A stretch of DNA of 63,249 bases, filler included, from Octopus bimaculoides (GCF_001194135.2; 5 parts of 5 records of this genome joined end to end with filler, not necessarily neighbours in it), one strand, 5' to 3'. Shown: positions 23,698 to 37,565, numbered from the whole stretch's first letter. The notes: generated from the letters alone by a model not told the origin. Numbers and translations are program-made.

Positions 23698-24352
23698 GCA
23701 TGCGAAGTAGGACGTGGTGTTGACTTATAAAAGTTTTCAATATTTTTATAGTATATTATGGTTCCATAACGAAATACCACGTTACTACAAGTAATTAATG
23801 TTATGTGAAAGGATGAACACATCAGTTCAGCCAGCACACCTACTCAACCATTTATTTACAAACACCGGGAAATCTTTTAACTCAAAAAGTTTTGTCACTT
23901 TGTTAGCAACTGGCTTGAACTATCATGAACTTAAATTTCACAGAAATATCACACATGCACATGCACACATACACACACAAATATATATTTATATATTTGT
24001 GTATGTGTGTGTGCGTACGATAAACATATAATTTATCTAAAAACACGGAACAGCTTAGCATGAAATATTTTGTTCCAGACAAACTTCACAAGTATTTTGC
24101 GTTGAAAAACACGGGCTCGCTGCGATTGTTCTCCACTGATCGTAAAAAATGTCACTCTGATAAAATGTTGTCACCTCTTAGAACAGCAACTCCTGATATT
24201 GTGAACAAAGAAGAAAAATATTTATGGCAATATAGGAAACAACTAACTGATATTTTAGCAAATGAAAAATATCCGTTTTCTGGCGCAAAAATAAGGCCTG
24301 TTCATTGGATTTGAGACACACTTAAAAAAGTAGTCGTGAATATATATGTATG

Positions 24353-24389
<37 letters not shown>

Positions 24390-24517
24390 NNNNNNNNNNN
24401 NNNNNNNNNNNNNNNNNNNNNNNNNNNNNNNNNNNNNNNNNNNNNNNNNNNNNNNNNNNNNNNNNNNNNNNNNNNNNNNNNNNNNNNNNNNNNNNNNNNN
24501 NNNNNNNNNNNNNNNNN

Positions 24518-24533
24518 GACGCTCTTCCGATCT
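24518..24533 (+). other. Illumina adapter remnant (technical artefact)
   Basis: GACGCTCTTCCGATCT is the 3' end of the TruSeq read-1 adapter/primer and sits exactly at a contig edge after an N-gap. Confidence 0.95.
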
Positions 24534-25765
24534 GCACATATACATATGCAGGTACATATCCATGCACAGAAATATACTTGCTCGTATGTACATGGGTTTT
24601 GCTCAAGAATACCTGTGTGCAGGTATGTATTTCAGTGCATGTACAGGTGTGTTTTTTCACTACATACAATTATGTTCGCATGAATACCTGTGTATATACA
24701 CTTAATAGAATATATATCTATGAAATATACTGCGTATTTTCACAAGGCCTTATATAATTTTAATCTTTATTCTCTTAATTAGCAGTATTCTCTCATTTAC
24801 TTGAACGCCAGCTTCTTAAGACTACTACTGCATCTATGTATGTATGTGCGTATGTATACATATGTGTATTTATATTTGTATGTACGTTTGCATGTAGAAA
24901 GGTAGATATGTATGTAGATATGTGGTGCGTGTGTGTGTATGTTTGTAAACACTCATGTATGCGGAAGTGTATGCAACATTGAGATGTGATGAGATGAGGA
25001 AATACCTTATGGTAAACTAGGGACAGAAAAAAAGAAATACTTTTTTCAAATGTACTACAATTGTTTCGATTCATTCCACCCTATAGTTCAAGTGAAAGGC
25101 TCTGCAATCAATTGTGCGTGCTGCAGTATTCAGAGCAATTGATTGCGCAGCAGAATGCGTTTCAACGGGCGACTTTTTAAACAAGTACCTAGCTATTTCT
25201 CCTAGTCATTTCACCTAGTATAATAACAATGTATATCTGGGTAGCTGTTGCATTCTAGTAGTTTTGAGAAAAAGCTTTAGCTTATGGTATGTATACATTC
25301 ATTCATATCTATACACACACGCACACACACACACTTTGCGCCCAATCTGCCGTCACAACATTCGGAAATATAGTGAGCATATAACAGAGCAGTTGTCACT
25401 GAAACCTTGGAAATATGAAGCTATTCTTTACGAAAAGTGCAATAGCAATTAAATAAATTTATGTAGACCAGCTAGATTTCGGTGGTCGTGGATTGTAATC
25501 TAGAAATCATCAAAATGTGGCTATTCACTCCACTAAATTTACTGCGCTGTACTTCAGAAAATCAATAACACCATACAAACAAAGTGATACACCCCGCTGT
25601 AATAACTGTAAAATTACCGTTTAGCTCAGAGTATGGATTAATTATGGAGTTCCAGGTAACTAAATCAATCGAACAATCAATTAATCAATACATATACCGA
25701 TATCTATGTCTTCCTCTTTTTCTTCTCTTCTCTCTTCTCTGTCTGTCTGTCTGTCTCTCCCCCCC

Positions 25766-25801
<36 letters not shown>

Positions 25802-26589
25802 NNNNNNNNNNNNNNNNNNNNNNNNNNNNNNNNNNNNNNNNNNNNNNNNNNNNNNNNNNNNNNNNNNNNNNNNNNNNNNNNNNNNNNNNNNNNNNNNNNN
25901 NNNNNNNNNNNNNNNNNNNNNNNNNNNNNNNNNNNNNNNNNNNNNNNNNNNNNNNNNNNNNNNNNNNNNNNNNNNNNNNNNNNNNNNNNNNNNNNNNNNN
26001 NNNNNNNNNNNNNNNNNNNNNNNNNNNNNNNNNNNNNNNNNNNNNNNNNNNNNNNNNNNNNNNNNNNNNNNNNNNNNNNNNNNNNNNNNNNNNNNNNNNN
26101 NNNNNNNNNNNNNNNNNNNNNNNNNNNNNNNNNNNNNNNNNNNNNNNNNNNNNNNNNNATACATACATACATATATATATACGGAGTGAGAGAGTGAGAT
26201 TTAGAGAAAGACAGGAATTCTTTTCGGTGTCCTTGTCTTCTATATTTCCAATAAGCCTGTCAACATATTCTGGCTTCCTATACATACAAAACAGTTTTAC
26301 TTACCTTCGCAATTTTATCGACTTAATGTTTTATTGGTGTCTAAATTTAAGTACACAAATTGACAACATATTATTTTATTTCAGTATACATTTAGGAAAG
26401 TATTTTGCCACCAGTCACAATTAAAGATATAACCATAAGTTTTACTTAAATTCACAGACACTCACATAGACACAACCACACGCATATACACAACTATTCG
26501 TACACGAATTCATGCTTCTCTGAGACTTCAGCACGAACACTACACATATCGCTTTTAAACACATTTTAAATATTTCAATCGATATTAAT

Positions 26590-27370
26590 GGGGTGAGCTG
26601 GCATAATCGTTAGCACACAGGGCAAACTGCTTGGCAACATTTCATCCATCTTTACGTTCTGAGTTCAAATTTTGCCGAGTTCGATTTTGCCTGTTATTCT
26701 TTCGGGGACGATAAAATATGTACCAGCTGGATTTGCCCACCCCCGAAATTGCTGGCCTCGTGCCAAAGTTTGTAAACATTATTATTAAGGCCCTGAGCTA
26801 GCAGAATCGTTAGCAGGTCGGGCTAAATGCTTAGTGGTATTTTGCCCGTCGCTACGTTGTGAATTCAAATTCCGTCGAGATAGAGTTTGCCTTTCATCCT
26901 TTCGGGGTCGATAAATTAAGTACCAGTTGAGTACTGGGTTCGATGTAATCGACTATTCCCCACCCCACAAAATCCGTGCCTTGTGTGCCTATAATAGAAA
27001 AGTTCAATAAGGCGGTGTGCTGGAGAGTTGATAGCACACAGAGCAGAATGCATGGCAGCATTTCGTTCGTGTTTACGTTCTGAATTCAAATTCCGCCGTG
27101 GTCGACTTTCTCTTTTTTCCTCACGGATTCAATAAAATAAGTATCAGTTGAGAACAGGGGTCGACGTAATCAACTTTCTCCATTCCCCGAATTTGCTGGC
27201 CTTATGTCAAACGTTGAGAACGATAATGTGGCGGCGAGCTTGCAGATTTATTACCGCACCGGAGACAATATTTAGAGACATTACTTCCGACATTAGGTTG
27301 TGAATTTCAAATGCCATCGGGGTCAACTTTGCCTTTCAGCCTTTCGGAGTCGATGAAATAATTACATTCG
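26590..27370 (+). mobile_element. Head-to-tail cluster of four Meta-like SINE copies
   Basis: Heads at about 26590, 26787, 27008 and 27228, each followed by TTCAAAT..GCC and a TTTGCCTTTCATCCTTTCGGGG-like core, at different divergences. Confidence 0.9.
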
Positions 27371-28819
27371 ATTCGAAATAACCCAAAAAACAACTTCCAG
27401 TCTTTCTCTCAATTTGTTTGAATTCTTTTATTCAGTTACTTGTTTCAGTCATATGACTGGAGTCACTCAGCGATATCACCGAAAATGTCGTTAATTATAT
27501 CTACCTAATTAGTTATAGACTATTACTGGTTATCAACCTTGAAACGATGGAAGTTTATGCATCATCTTGGGTGATTTTTGAAAGCAGAAAACATAATTAC
27601 GTAATTAAATATCATAAGGGGAACAAAGCGAAAAAAATCACGTCTCATCTAGTTTGTCAAAGTACTCTTAGAGCGAAAATGCTACTATATTGCTGTACTA
27701 AGAAAAGAAAGAATTCAAATAACCTGATATAACTGTTTGATTTCCTGCGAACAAAGAAAAGAACACTAGAAAAAGTATCCTTCTTTGACGGGGTAGAGAG
27801 AGGTGAAGGAGGGATAGTGAAAAGTGAAGGAGGGAGACAGAGAGGTGGACGAAGGAGAGAGAGGGAAAGAGGTGGAAGAGAGACAGGTTCAAGTTGATAC
27901 TACAGTCTCTACGGCAGTGGAAATAACTTTTCTGCATTTTTCTTGAGGAAAAGTCAGCTTTTTCACTGCACATAACATCACCCACTCTTCACGAAAAATA
28001 TCTCTTTGTGCTATATGTTTTCTTTGTCTTTTTCACACCCATTATAATAGCACTTGCATTTCAGAGGTGGCAGTGATCGTGACACATCAACTCTTGCCTT
28101 CCCGATCCACTCATCTCCCCTTTCTCATCACCCTTGTGTACATCTATACAGGTCCCGCACTAGTCACAATGCTTAATGCCTCCTTCAAAAAACATTGGAA
28201 TTCTCGCTTCTGTTTCTGTTAACGTCCACATTTTTACGATAGACATTGAAGGGTGGATTCTGACCGGTATCCGAAGGACAACGGAAAACATGGGAACTAT
28301 CTCTTCCTCCAGATGCGGAAATCTTCTCGTTGTAGTTTATTCAGAACGAACTTTCATCAATAAAAATATATGTATGTATTTTATCAATGAATATACGTAA
28401 TTCGAAGCATACGTTGTGTGTGTACGCTCTAATTTATGGGCTTTTATAAAAAATGGTTGCATAAATTTATATATGTACTTTGTTTGTATTTATATGTGTA
28501 TGTATTTATATGCATGTATGAAGAGAAAGATTAGAAGAGAGAGTATTGGAGGAAAAGTATGCAGAGGAATGTTGAAAGATAAACTACCTTTAGTGGAGAA
28601 ATATGCAGGTATGAAAGCAGAGAAAGTGAAAGGAAGTTATGCAAGAAGCGAAATTATAAGTGTGTTTGTATATAAACTGGCCCCCACCACCACACATACA
28701 AACATACACACAACACACACATACACATATATAAAGAGAAAAGAGATGGAGAGAGATTGAGAGAGATGGGAAAGATAGATGGAGGAAAAGAGAGAGAGAG
28801 ATTGATGAGTCAGACAGAT

Positions 28820-28822
<3 letters not shown>

Positions 28823-28905
<83 letters not shown>
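28823..28905. repeat. (AG)n microsatellite
   Basis: Direct reading. Confidence 0.95.
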
Positions 28906-28909
<4 letters not shown>

Positions 28910-29128
28910 GGATAGAACAGAACATATGAGATAAGCTGAATGGAAATGATTGGAGAATGTAGGAAGGAAGAAAGTGAATGTAATAAAAGTGGTGGTCATA
29001 GTGATGGGATGAGGAAGAGGGAGGAAATACAATAGAATTGATGGAGAAATTGTAAAAATATGGTAAATAGAGATTGCACAGTTTGATGTTTTTATATATC
29101 AATAATGAATATATAACATCAATCAGAA

Positions 29129-29177
29129 TGACGACGGCGACGACGACGACGACGACGATGACAACAGCAGCCGCAGT

Positions 29178-29212
<35 letters not shown>

Positions 29213-29900
29213 CAACAGCAGGAACAACAGCAGCAACAGCAGGGACGAAAGATTCAAAGTCGGAAGTAGAAACATCAGCAGAAACAACTGCAACAGCAAC
29301 AACTGGGGCTTCGATGACAGATTCAAGAAGAAGAAGAAGAAGAAGAAGAAGAAGAAGAAGAAGAATAACAACAACGAAAACAACAACAACAACGTAAACA
29401 ACAACAACGACAGTATGAATGGCAATGTCAGAACAATGTCAGTAGTCACAGAAGTAGAAGCTATAATAACTGCCATGGCATAATTAGGACAACTAACAAC
29501 AAGAACTAATAACAACAACAACAACATTATTAATGACAAAATCAATATCTATAGCAACAAAAACATCGTAAATAAGATAGTCAGAGCAATGAGAGAATAA
29601 GTACAGTAGCAACAACAACAACAACAGCAGAAATAATAACAAAAGAAACGTAAACCGATAGCAACATTAGAAACAAGAACATTTGCAATAACGTCATCAA
29701 TGACCTTGGCAATGAGAGATTCAACAATAAAATTATCAACAACAACATAATGTTATGAGAAAATAAGTTTGAAGAACGAGAGAACCAGAGAACAAGTATC
29801 ATGAATAATAAATAGAAAAAATGATAATCATCACCATCAACGACAGTATAGAAGCAGCAAAGTCAACATGACAATTACAATTTCAATCAGGCTCAATAAT
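29129..29900. repeat. Compound trinucleotide/cryptic simple-sequence region (GAC, GCA, AGA, ACA)
   Basis: Consecutive (GAC)n, (GCA)n, (AGA)n and (ACA)n runs, then an AAC-rich degenerate tract. Confidence 0.9.
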
Positions 29901-29934
29901 AACGACAAAGTAATTCTTTATAATTTTAGTGCAG

Positions 29935-30060
29935 CAGCAGCAAATTTGAGGGGAGGGGTAGTCAATTACATTGACATTAGTACTTGACTGAATTATATTT
30001 CTTCGATCCCGAAAGAATGAAAGGCAAACTTGACTCTGGCAGTATTTGAACTCAGAGCAT
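29935..30060 (-). mobile_element. Meta-like SINE fragment
   Basis: CGATCCCGAAAGAATGAAAGGCAAACTTGACTCTGGCAGTATTTGAACTCAGAGC. Confidence 0.85.
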
Positions 30061-30119
30061 AAAGAGATAAACGAAATCATCAACCTTAAGGGTCTTTGCA
30101 AAATCGAGATATCCATCTT

Positions 30120-30610
30120 TGAGCGAATGATTATGTGGTTTCAACATCGGGGGCTGTGTAAGAGAGCTTATTTATGAGTGGAAGGCATTCTGCGTGTGAG
30201 GGAGAGAGCCATTATCTTCTAGGAACGTGATTAACTTCTTGACAATGCTTTCCACAAGTTTCCTGACATGTGAGGTTGGGAACATAGGCCTATAATTTTT
30301 AGCATCCACTCTGCTACCTCCTCAATGTATATGACATATTATGCCTTTCTTTGTCTTTTTGTGAAGTCTTCTAGTTACACGGAAGCTTTCGAAGCAGATC
30401 TGTTGTGGCCTTGCAAATGCCCCTTTGCATTTCTTTTAGAGTTTGTTGGGAATCCATCAGGGCTTCTGTCTGAGTTTAGGGTTATTTCGTCAATGGCTGA
30501 TGCTACATCACTTTGCTCTGTTTCGATGTAATTAATTGCCGCCATCTCTTTGTGTAGAACTGTGGTGTCAAAGAACTCATCAGGTATAGTTTTATGCGAG
30601 TGTCCCAACA
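30120..30610 (-). pseudogene. CR1/L2-type (Jockey group) LINE reverse-transcriptase N-terminal fragment, decayed
   Basis: Minus frames give EQSDVASAIDEITLNS..SPDGFP, GIICHIH*GGSRVDAKNYRPM..TSHVRKLVESIVKK and LITFLEDNGSLPHTQNAF (GPDG, NYRPISL and Q-GF motifs of RT domains 0-2). Confidence 0.9.
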
Positions 30611-30844
30611 GATTATTGAAAACGCTTTTGTATTACACATTCAATGTTTCACTTACTCTCTCGAGGACTGCAGTCAGAGAACTGTTTTCTTCGAATTTTG
30701 GCCCTTTCTTGTATCGTACTAAAGTAGACTCTTTTAAAAATGTATGGAAAAGTTTAGGGCTTGTTTTTGCATTTTTTACAGACCGGATTTCTCCTGTTGC
30801 CCTCTCCTTCGCAGTGTTTGTGTCTGTGTTTGTCTGTGTTTGTC

Positions 30845-30995
30845 CTTCCCATCATCGTTTGACAACCGATGGTGGTGTGTTTACGTTCCCGTCATTCAGC
30901 AGTTCGGCAAAAAAGACTGATAGAATAAGTACTAGGTTTCCAAAGAATAAGTGCTTTGGTTGCTTTGTTCGACTAAAGGCAGTGCTCCAGCATGG
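30845..30995 (+). mobile_element. SINE 3' portion (same family as 7885-8080)
   Basis: TTTGACAACCGATGGTGGTGTGTTTACG...TTCGGCAAAAAAGACTGATAGAATAAGTACTAGG...TTCGACTAAAGGCAGTGCTCCAGCATGGCC. Confidence 0.8.
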
Positions 30996-31367
30996 CCAAA
31001 AAAGATATATACTCTCTCACACTTGCATTCACACAAACATATGCATATCTATATGTAAGATACGCACACTCACAGACACACATAGATCCACACACACAGG
31101 TATCTACTCAGAAAATGTAAGAAGAAGAGATACAAACGAAAATGCATTGGTTGAGGCAGGCGAACCGCCTAATGGAAGGAGCGCAGAAGAAAAAAGTAAA
31201 ACAATAAAAATCAAAGCGTGTAAGCAATGAAAAGATATTGATCAAATAAAAAGAAATAGAAGAGAATGTCTGCGCGTATACTTGCAATTTATGCATCTCA
31301 CTCTGTCTCTTTCTCTCTAGATCTATTTATCTATCTATCTTATTTCTTTATTGCCTANNNNNNNNNN

Positions 31368-31579
31368 GGGACTACAGACAGAGGGGACAAAGAAGGACAG
31401 ACAAACAGAGTAAGTCGATTATAACGACCCCAGTGCATAACTGGTACTTATTTTAATCGACCCCAAAAGGATGAAAGGCAAAGTCGACCTCGGCGGAATT
31501 TAAAGTCAGATCACAGCGGCAGACGAAATGCCGCTAAGCATTTTGCCCGGTGTGCTAACGTTTCTGCCAGCTCGCCGCC

Positions 31580-31580
<1 letters not shown>
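31368..31580 (-). mobile_element. Meta-like SINE, long-tail subfamily
   Basis: Highly similar to 9700-9907 and 60095-60300. Confidence 0.9.
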
Positions 31581-31618
<38 letters not shown>

Positions 31619-31621
31619 ATC

Positions 31622-31684
<63 letters not shown>

Positions 31685-31844
31685 CCTGTCTTCCTGTCTG
31701 TCTCTCTGTTTAATTATATATGCATTCATGTACGCACACAACGAAGGACATGTTTACTATGACAATTTCTCCGATTTGTCCTTGATATTGTGATATTGCA
31801 AACAAATATAGAAACTGAATGAAATGGTAACACTCATACGATTT

Positions 31845-31893
<49 letters not shown>

Positions 31894-33955
31894 AGAGAGA
31901 CAACCTGAGATAAAGATCAATCAGCAGATACATAAGCAGAGGGATATATTTAGACAGACTGATTAGGAGATTAATATATAAATAGACAGATAGTCGAAGA
32001 AATATGTAGAAAGTGATAAATTGATACAGATAGGTTAATTTGTCTTTAGAATCCAGAGAAAGATAACTGAAGTAGCTAAACAATGTATATATAATGCTTT
32101 ATTAGTTAACAATATCACAGAAGCTACTCTAGCCATGAGCGGTCGGATGAAACTTTTGGCTGTTGAGTAACCCCAATGATATTCTTAGCTAATAGAACTG
32201 TATCAATAAATACCGACATAATTAGTCAGATAGATAGGCACATTACTGATAAATAGCTAAATAGGTAGATAGATATAATGATAGACATATAGACACAGAT
32301 TTCTTGCTAGATAGGTAGATAGATACATAAATGCATAAACAGATGAGTATGTCTGAGTGTTTAGCAATTAGTGAACAATACTGAGAAGATTGCTTGTATT
32401 GCTACGTTGGTAGGTTCTATACGAAGTAAAATGCAGTAATGCCTTAAGTACATTAAGAAGCTTTGCTCCACTCTAGAGGAATCTATCAAGCACAAAGAAA
32501 CCTAGGCATCGATTTCCAAAGTGTATCAAAGAGAATAAAAAAGCTTGCAAATAACAGTGGAGGACAAGGGAATCTGCACATATTAGATAAACAAAAATGA
32601 TACGAAGACCGAAGCACAGAAGATAACAACAACAACGACAATACAAGAATAACAGTAATAACAATGGAAGTAGCATATGACAGCTGACAGGGGTTAGAGA
32701 AAATAATAGGGAATGAGAGAGGGTTGAAGAAGATGAACGCTGTTAGCGGTAATGATATTTCTTCAAAAATGCAATGAAGTCGATTGGGAAAAATATGCAA
32801 AACTATAAATTTCTAGAAATACGGGGACGGTGAAATAAATCTTCTTCTCTCTCTCTCTGTTTCTTCTCCTTTACGCATTATACAAATGTACACACACGCA
32901 CACACACGCTCATATACAGGTGTATTTTGTATGTGTGTGTATATATATATGTATAGATACATCAAAGCTGAGGTTTCCANNNNNNNNNNNNNNNNNNNNN
33001 NNNNNNNNNNNNNNNNNNNNNNNNNNNNNNNNNNNNNNNNNNNNNNNNNNNNNNNNNNNNNNNNNNNNNNNNNNNNNNNNNNNNNNNNNNNNNNNNNNNN
33101 NNNNNNNNNNNNNNNNNNNNNNNNNNNNNNNNNNNNNNNNNNNNNNNNNNNNNNNNNNNNNNNNNNNNNNNNNNNNNNNNNNNNNNNNNNNNNNNNNNNN
33201 NNNNNNNNNNNNNNNNNNNNNNNNNNNNNNNNNNNNNNNNNNNNNNNNNNNNNNNNNNNNNNNNNNNNNNNNNNNNNNNNNNNNATATATACATATACAT
33301 ATATACATATATACACATTCACGAAATATGTGCCTGTCCGTATCTCTATATGTATATGCGTGTGTATATATATATGTATAGATACATCAAAGCTGAGGTT
33401 TCCATGCAGTATCCACACGCTCCTAACTGTGACACATATTTTATGTCAATACATCGTCCTCTCTCTATATCTCCCATTTCATGATATAAAAAAAAAAAAA
33501 ATACAAATAGAAACGATTTGTGATATATAGATATAACTACCACGCATAGTATTTCAAAAGACCATTTGAAGATGAGTCACACACCTTAGATATCCGAACA
33601 GAGTTTCACCGTTTTCTTCTATAGAGCTACAACACATATATTATATCAAGATATTGCTTCAACGGAATGAAATATACTCGAGAAATGTTCATCTTAAAAA
33701 AAAGCAAAACAACTTTTGCTTTCTAGAGATATATTGTGTGTGTGTGTGTATATATANNNNNNNNNNNNNNNNNNNNNNNNNNNNNNNNNNNNNNNNNNNN
33801 NNNNNNNNNNNNNNNNNNNNNNNNNNNNNNNNNNNNNNNNNNNNNNNNNNNNNNNNNNNNNNNNNNNNNNNNNNNNNNNNNNNNNNNNNNNNNNNNNNNN
33901 NNNNNNNNNNNNNNNNNNNNNNNNNNNNNNNNNNNNNNNNNNNNNNNNNNNNNNN

Positions 33956-33998
<43 letters not shown>

Positions 33999-35090
33999 TG
34001 GGTGTGTGTGTGTGTGTGCACATATATGTAGTCTACTCTATCGAAAACATTACGCCTTTTTCAAATGAAGAAAATACCGTAGAAAACGAGGACCACATTA
34101 ACTGAACAGCCTAGATATTGGTCTTTACTGTGGTTTAAGCGATATGTCATTATAAGTATATGATTTTAAAATACGCAAACAGGTTTCTAAAGTGAAGTTC
34201 AAGAATATTTCGTATCTGAACTTCTAGACTTATTAGCGAGAAGTAAATTCCGAAATTTCTTCTTAAATAAGACGAGCGTTTATAACTATTAAATTCAATA
34301 CAAGTAACCCTATTAGCTGCAACATTAATGATAGATAAACAAAACAGGTAGATCTGCAGTAGGAATATTCTTTTATTAAGCAGTAGCATCAATGAAATTA
34401 CGAAAGACACAAACTTACAAAAACAGTGTAATATTAATATTACTAGATGTTCAGTTGGATCGAATACAAGTACACTTTATTCGAAAGTTCTGTTCTGTTT
34501 ACCGAAAACTCAACTTTCATCGCCTACTACTGTTCTAAGAATTACTATAGAATGTATCATAAACATATTAATGAAATCATTCACGTTTAGATATCATTGC
34601 TGTTCGAAATGGTATGAATGAAATTTAAAATACTGATCCGAACTGCTTCATATATGTTGCTGCATAACAGTGCAGACATAGGTGATCGCATTGGATTATG
34701 TAACTTATGTATTTGCAAAGAAATTTAATAACACTGACTTTGGTTTCTACAGTGACAACAGGTTAGCTAAACTGAAAGCATCAATTACCAGATTTTTTGT
34801 AAATTAAAGATCATTTGCACTTTTAGCATGTTCAGCCATAAGATATCTATATTCTCTAACCAAACTATTGACTATTGTGATGTTGCAGTACATTCAATAA
34901 GTAACCTGCATGGAACTTTTATATGCATATATAAAACATGTATATACATGTATAATATGCATACATTCCTGTTTAGAAGTTGTCTTAATAGCTATTTAGG
35001 TCTTCTAGTATAGCCTCGGTTGAGAAATACCTTATTATTGGCAATTGGGAAGGGGAAAAAGTGTAAATGCCCTTCATATGCACAGACACA

Positions 35091-35133
<43 letters not shown>

Positions 35134-35943
35134 ACACACACACAAACACACACACATGCATGTGTAAGAGCTTGTGTACATTTTTCTCTCTTTGTCTCTA
35201 TATATAGCTATGCGACTGTGTCCTGTGTGTTGATGTTTACGCTAAGCAAAAAAAAACAACAAAAAAAAACAGTGTTAAATATGTCCAATAACTTAGTAAC
35301 ACATAAAAAAAAAATACAAATTCAGTACCATACTAAGATAAGTTTGGAGGTCGGTACGTACGTCTATGACCCAAGTATCTGGTAGCCCGACATAACAGCA
35401 ATCTAATGAGATAAGTCAGTAAAAATAATGAATATGTCAGCAGTGATAGTCATGCATATTGAAATAGCTATAAAGATATAAGAAAATATAAGTGAAAATA
35501 TGTAGATCGATAGATATCTAGATAATGTTATAGATGAATGGGTATATATAACTTCTGACAAATTGCTAGATATATAGCTTTCGCTAGTTTTAGTGCTAAG
35601 GGTGATATATCGAAATCACATATAGGTTGACAAATAAACTAATAACAGACATTCAAACGGACAAATATATATAAAGTCAGCAGAACAGAGAGATCAACTC
35701 GCGAATTCAGAAACCAATGGAGAGACATAGAAAGGCCATTAGAACTTAATAAAGATATTGCGATCATGAGGTTGAAGAAATGCCATAAAATATTGCATTG
35801 TCATTTAATACAGCAATAACTTTCTAGATGGAAAATTATACATAAGCTAGAATTGCTTCTCACTGATATTATCCCTCAATCACTCCTCCACTCCCTCTCA
35901 CCCTCTTTGTGTTCATGTATATAGGTATTTGTGAGTATACGTA

Positions 35944-36001
<58 letters not shown>

Positions 36002-36439
36002 TCATACGTATATACATACACATATACGTATATACACACATACTCATATAGATATATACACACATATGCATATATACGTATACATGTGTGTGTGTATGTA
36101 TATATGTATGTGTGTATTTACGTATGTATACATTCGTATATATAATGGCTTTCAGTCATTTATATATTGTCATTTTAAACCCGCTTGTTTTCACTTTAAT
36201 TGAGTCTTCTCACTGATCTCTTTGTAAAACACTTTATAAAACTGCGAAACGTTTGTCAATATACGTACGATCGTATATACAGACGTCCATACATACATAC
36301 ATACACACATACATACATATATACATACATATACACACGTAACACAAATATATATATATGTATATATGTGTGTATGCATTCATGTGTGTGTACATATACA
36401 CGCATACATTGATGTGTTTGTGCATATATGTACATACAC

Positions 36440-36480
<41 letters not shown>

Positions 36481-36615
36481 NNNNNNNNNNNNNNNNNNNN
36501 NNNNNNNNNNNNNNNNNNNNNNNNTTAATTAATTAANNNNNNNNNNNNNNNNNNNNNNNNNNNNNNNNNNNNNNNNNNNNATATATATACATAGAGAGAA
36601 AGAAAAAGAGAGCGT

Positions 36616-36652
<37 letters not shown>

Positions 36653-36843
36653 TGATTGATAGATAGATAAAAAGATAGATAGCTATATGCATCAATGTAC
36701 GTCCGTATGCATGTATTTATGTGTGTATGTATATATGCTGGAATAGCTAATTGTAGCAGTATAATTGCGTATGCGCTCTCGTGTTTTGTCCGTAGTTCTA
36801 TACGAGGCTGCCTTTTATAATGATTCTCCCTTTNNNNNNNNNN

Positions 36844-36889
<46 letters not shown>

Positions 36890-36949
36890 AATATATATAT
36901 ATGCGTCTGTGCGTGTGTGTATGTATGTTTATATATAAATGGTATATAA

Positions 36950-37565
36950 ATTCTACCATATATGTTGAAAGTAGTTACGTAAGAGCTTCTGGTTAAACAA
37001 GATACTTGTTTTCTGGTTTGGAGATTAGACAAATAAACACTGCCAATATACCTATATACATTAAGGTGACCATGTGAAAATCAAGCCAGTAGATTTCAGA
37101 CTTACCTTGATCTTTATTAATAGACATTGCAAAGCAAAGTCGCACTGGGAATTGTGTTTATTTGAACTCAAATGGCATGTCTGTTAGTTTGATTGGAATT
37201 CTTGGAATGAAAGTCTCTTCTCCAGAGGCACATCCAGTGATGGTGGTTGCTTCTGTCACATTAGGTAATGTCTTCACAAGCAACCTTGTCCCGTTGCATA
37301 ATGTAGGAGGATCTAAATTTCTTGGAAGCTTTATTGGAACTCTTACCTTTAGATAAGTTGGAATTGGCACGACATATCTGCTGAACCTGAATCTTTGCTT
37401 ATGTTTCATATTGGACTGTTATTTGCGACCAGGTTTAATGGTAATTTAAAAGCAAAATGAGTTGTTCGTTCTCTTGGAAGAAAGGTGGCAGCCATGCCAG
37501 ACAATAGTACAGCAACTGCAATTCTTTTTTGTTACCTTACCTTGCAAAGAAGCAATGTTACGAAT
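36950..37565 (-). pseudogene. Helitron RepHel Pif1-helicase remnant with internal deletion
   Basis: Minus: LLLCKVR*QKRIAVAVLLSGMAATFLPRERTTHFAFKLPLNL (post-Walker A), fused to LKVRVPIKLPRNLDPPTLCNGTRLLV...FIPRIPI..DMPFEFK*TQFPVRLCFAMSINKDQG..FSHGHL (2B and C-terminal motifs). Confidence 0.92.

Noticed and set aside
24060-24314. 84-aa ORF MKYFVPDKL... (and similar ORFs at 28176-28400 and 45321-45572)
   Set aside because: No recognisable motif or convincing splice context; the lengths are expected by chance.
25104-25147. 11-bp inverted repeat GCAATCAATTG...CAATTGATTGC as a miRNA-like hairpin
   Set aside because: The stem is too short for a pre-miRNA and does not extend.
26590-27370. Repeat-spacer periodicity suggestive of a CRISPR-like array
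   Set aside because: Units are ~200-bp diverged SINEs in a eukaryotic context, with no short identical repeats or cas genes.
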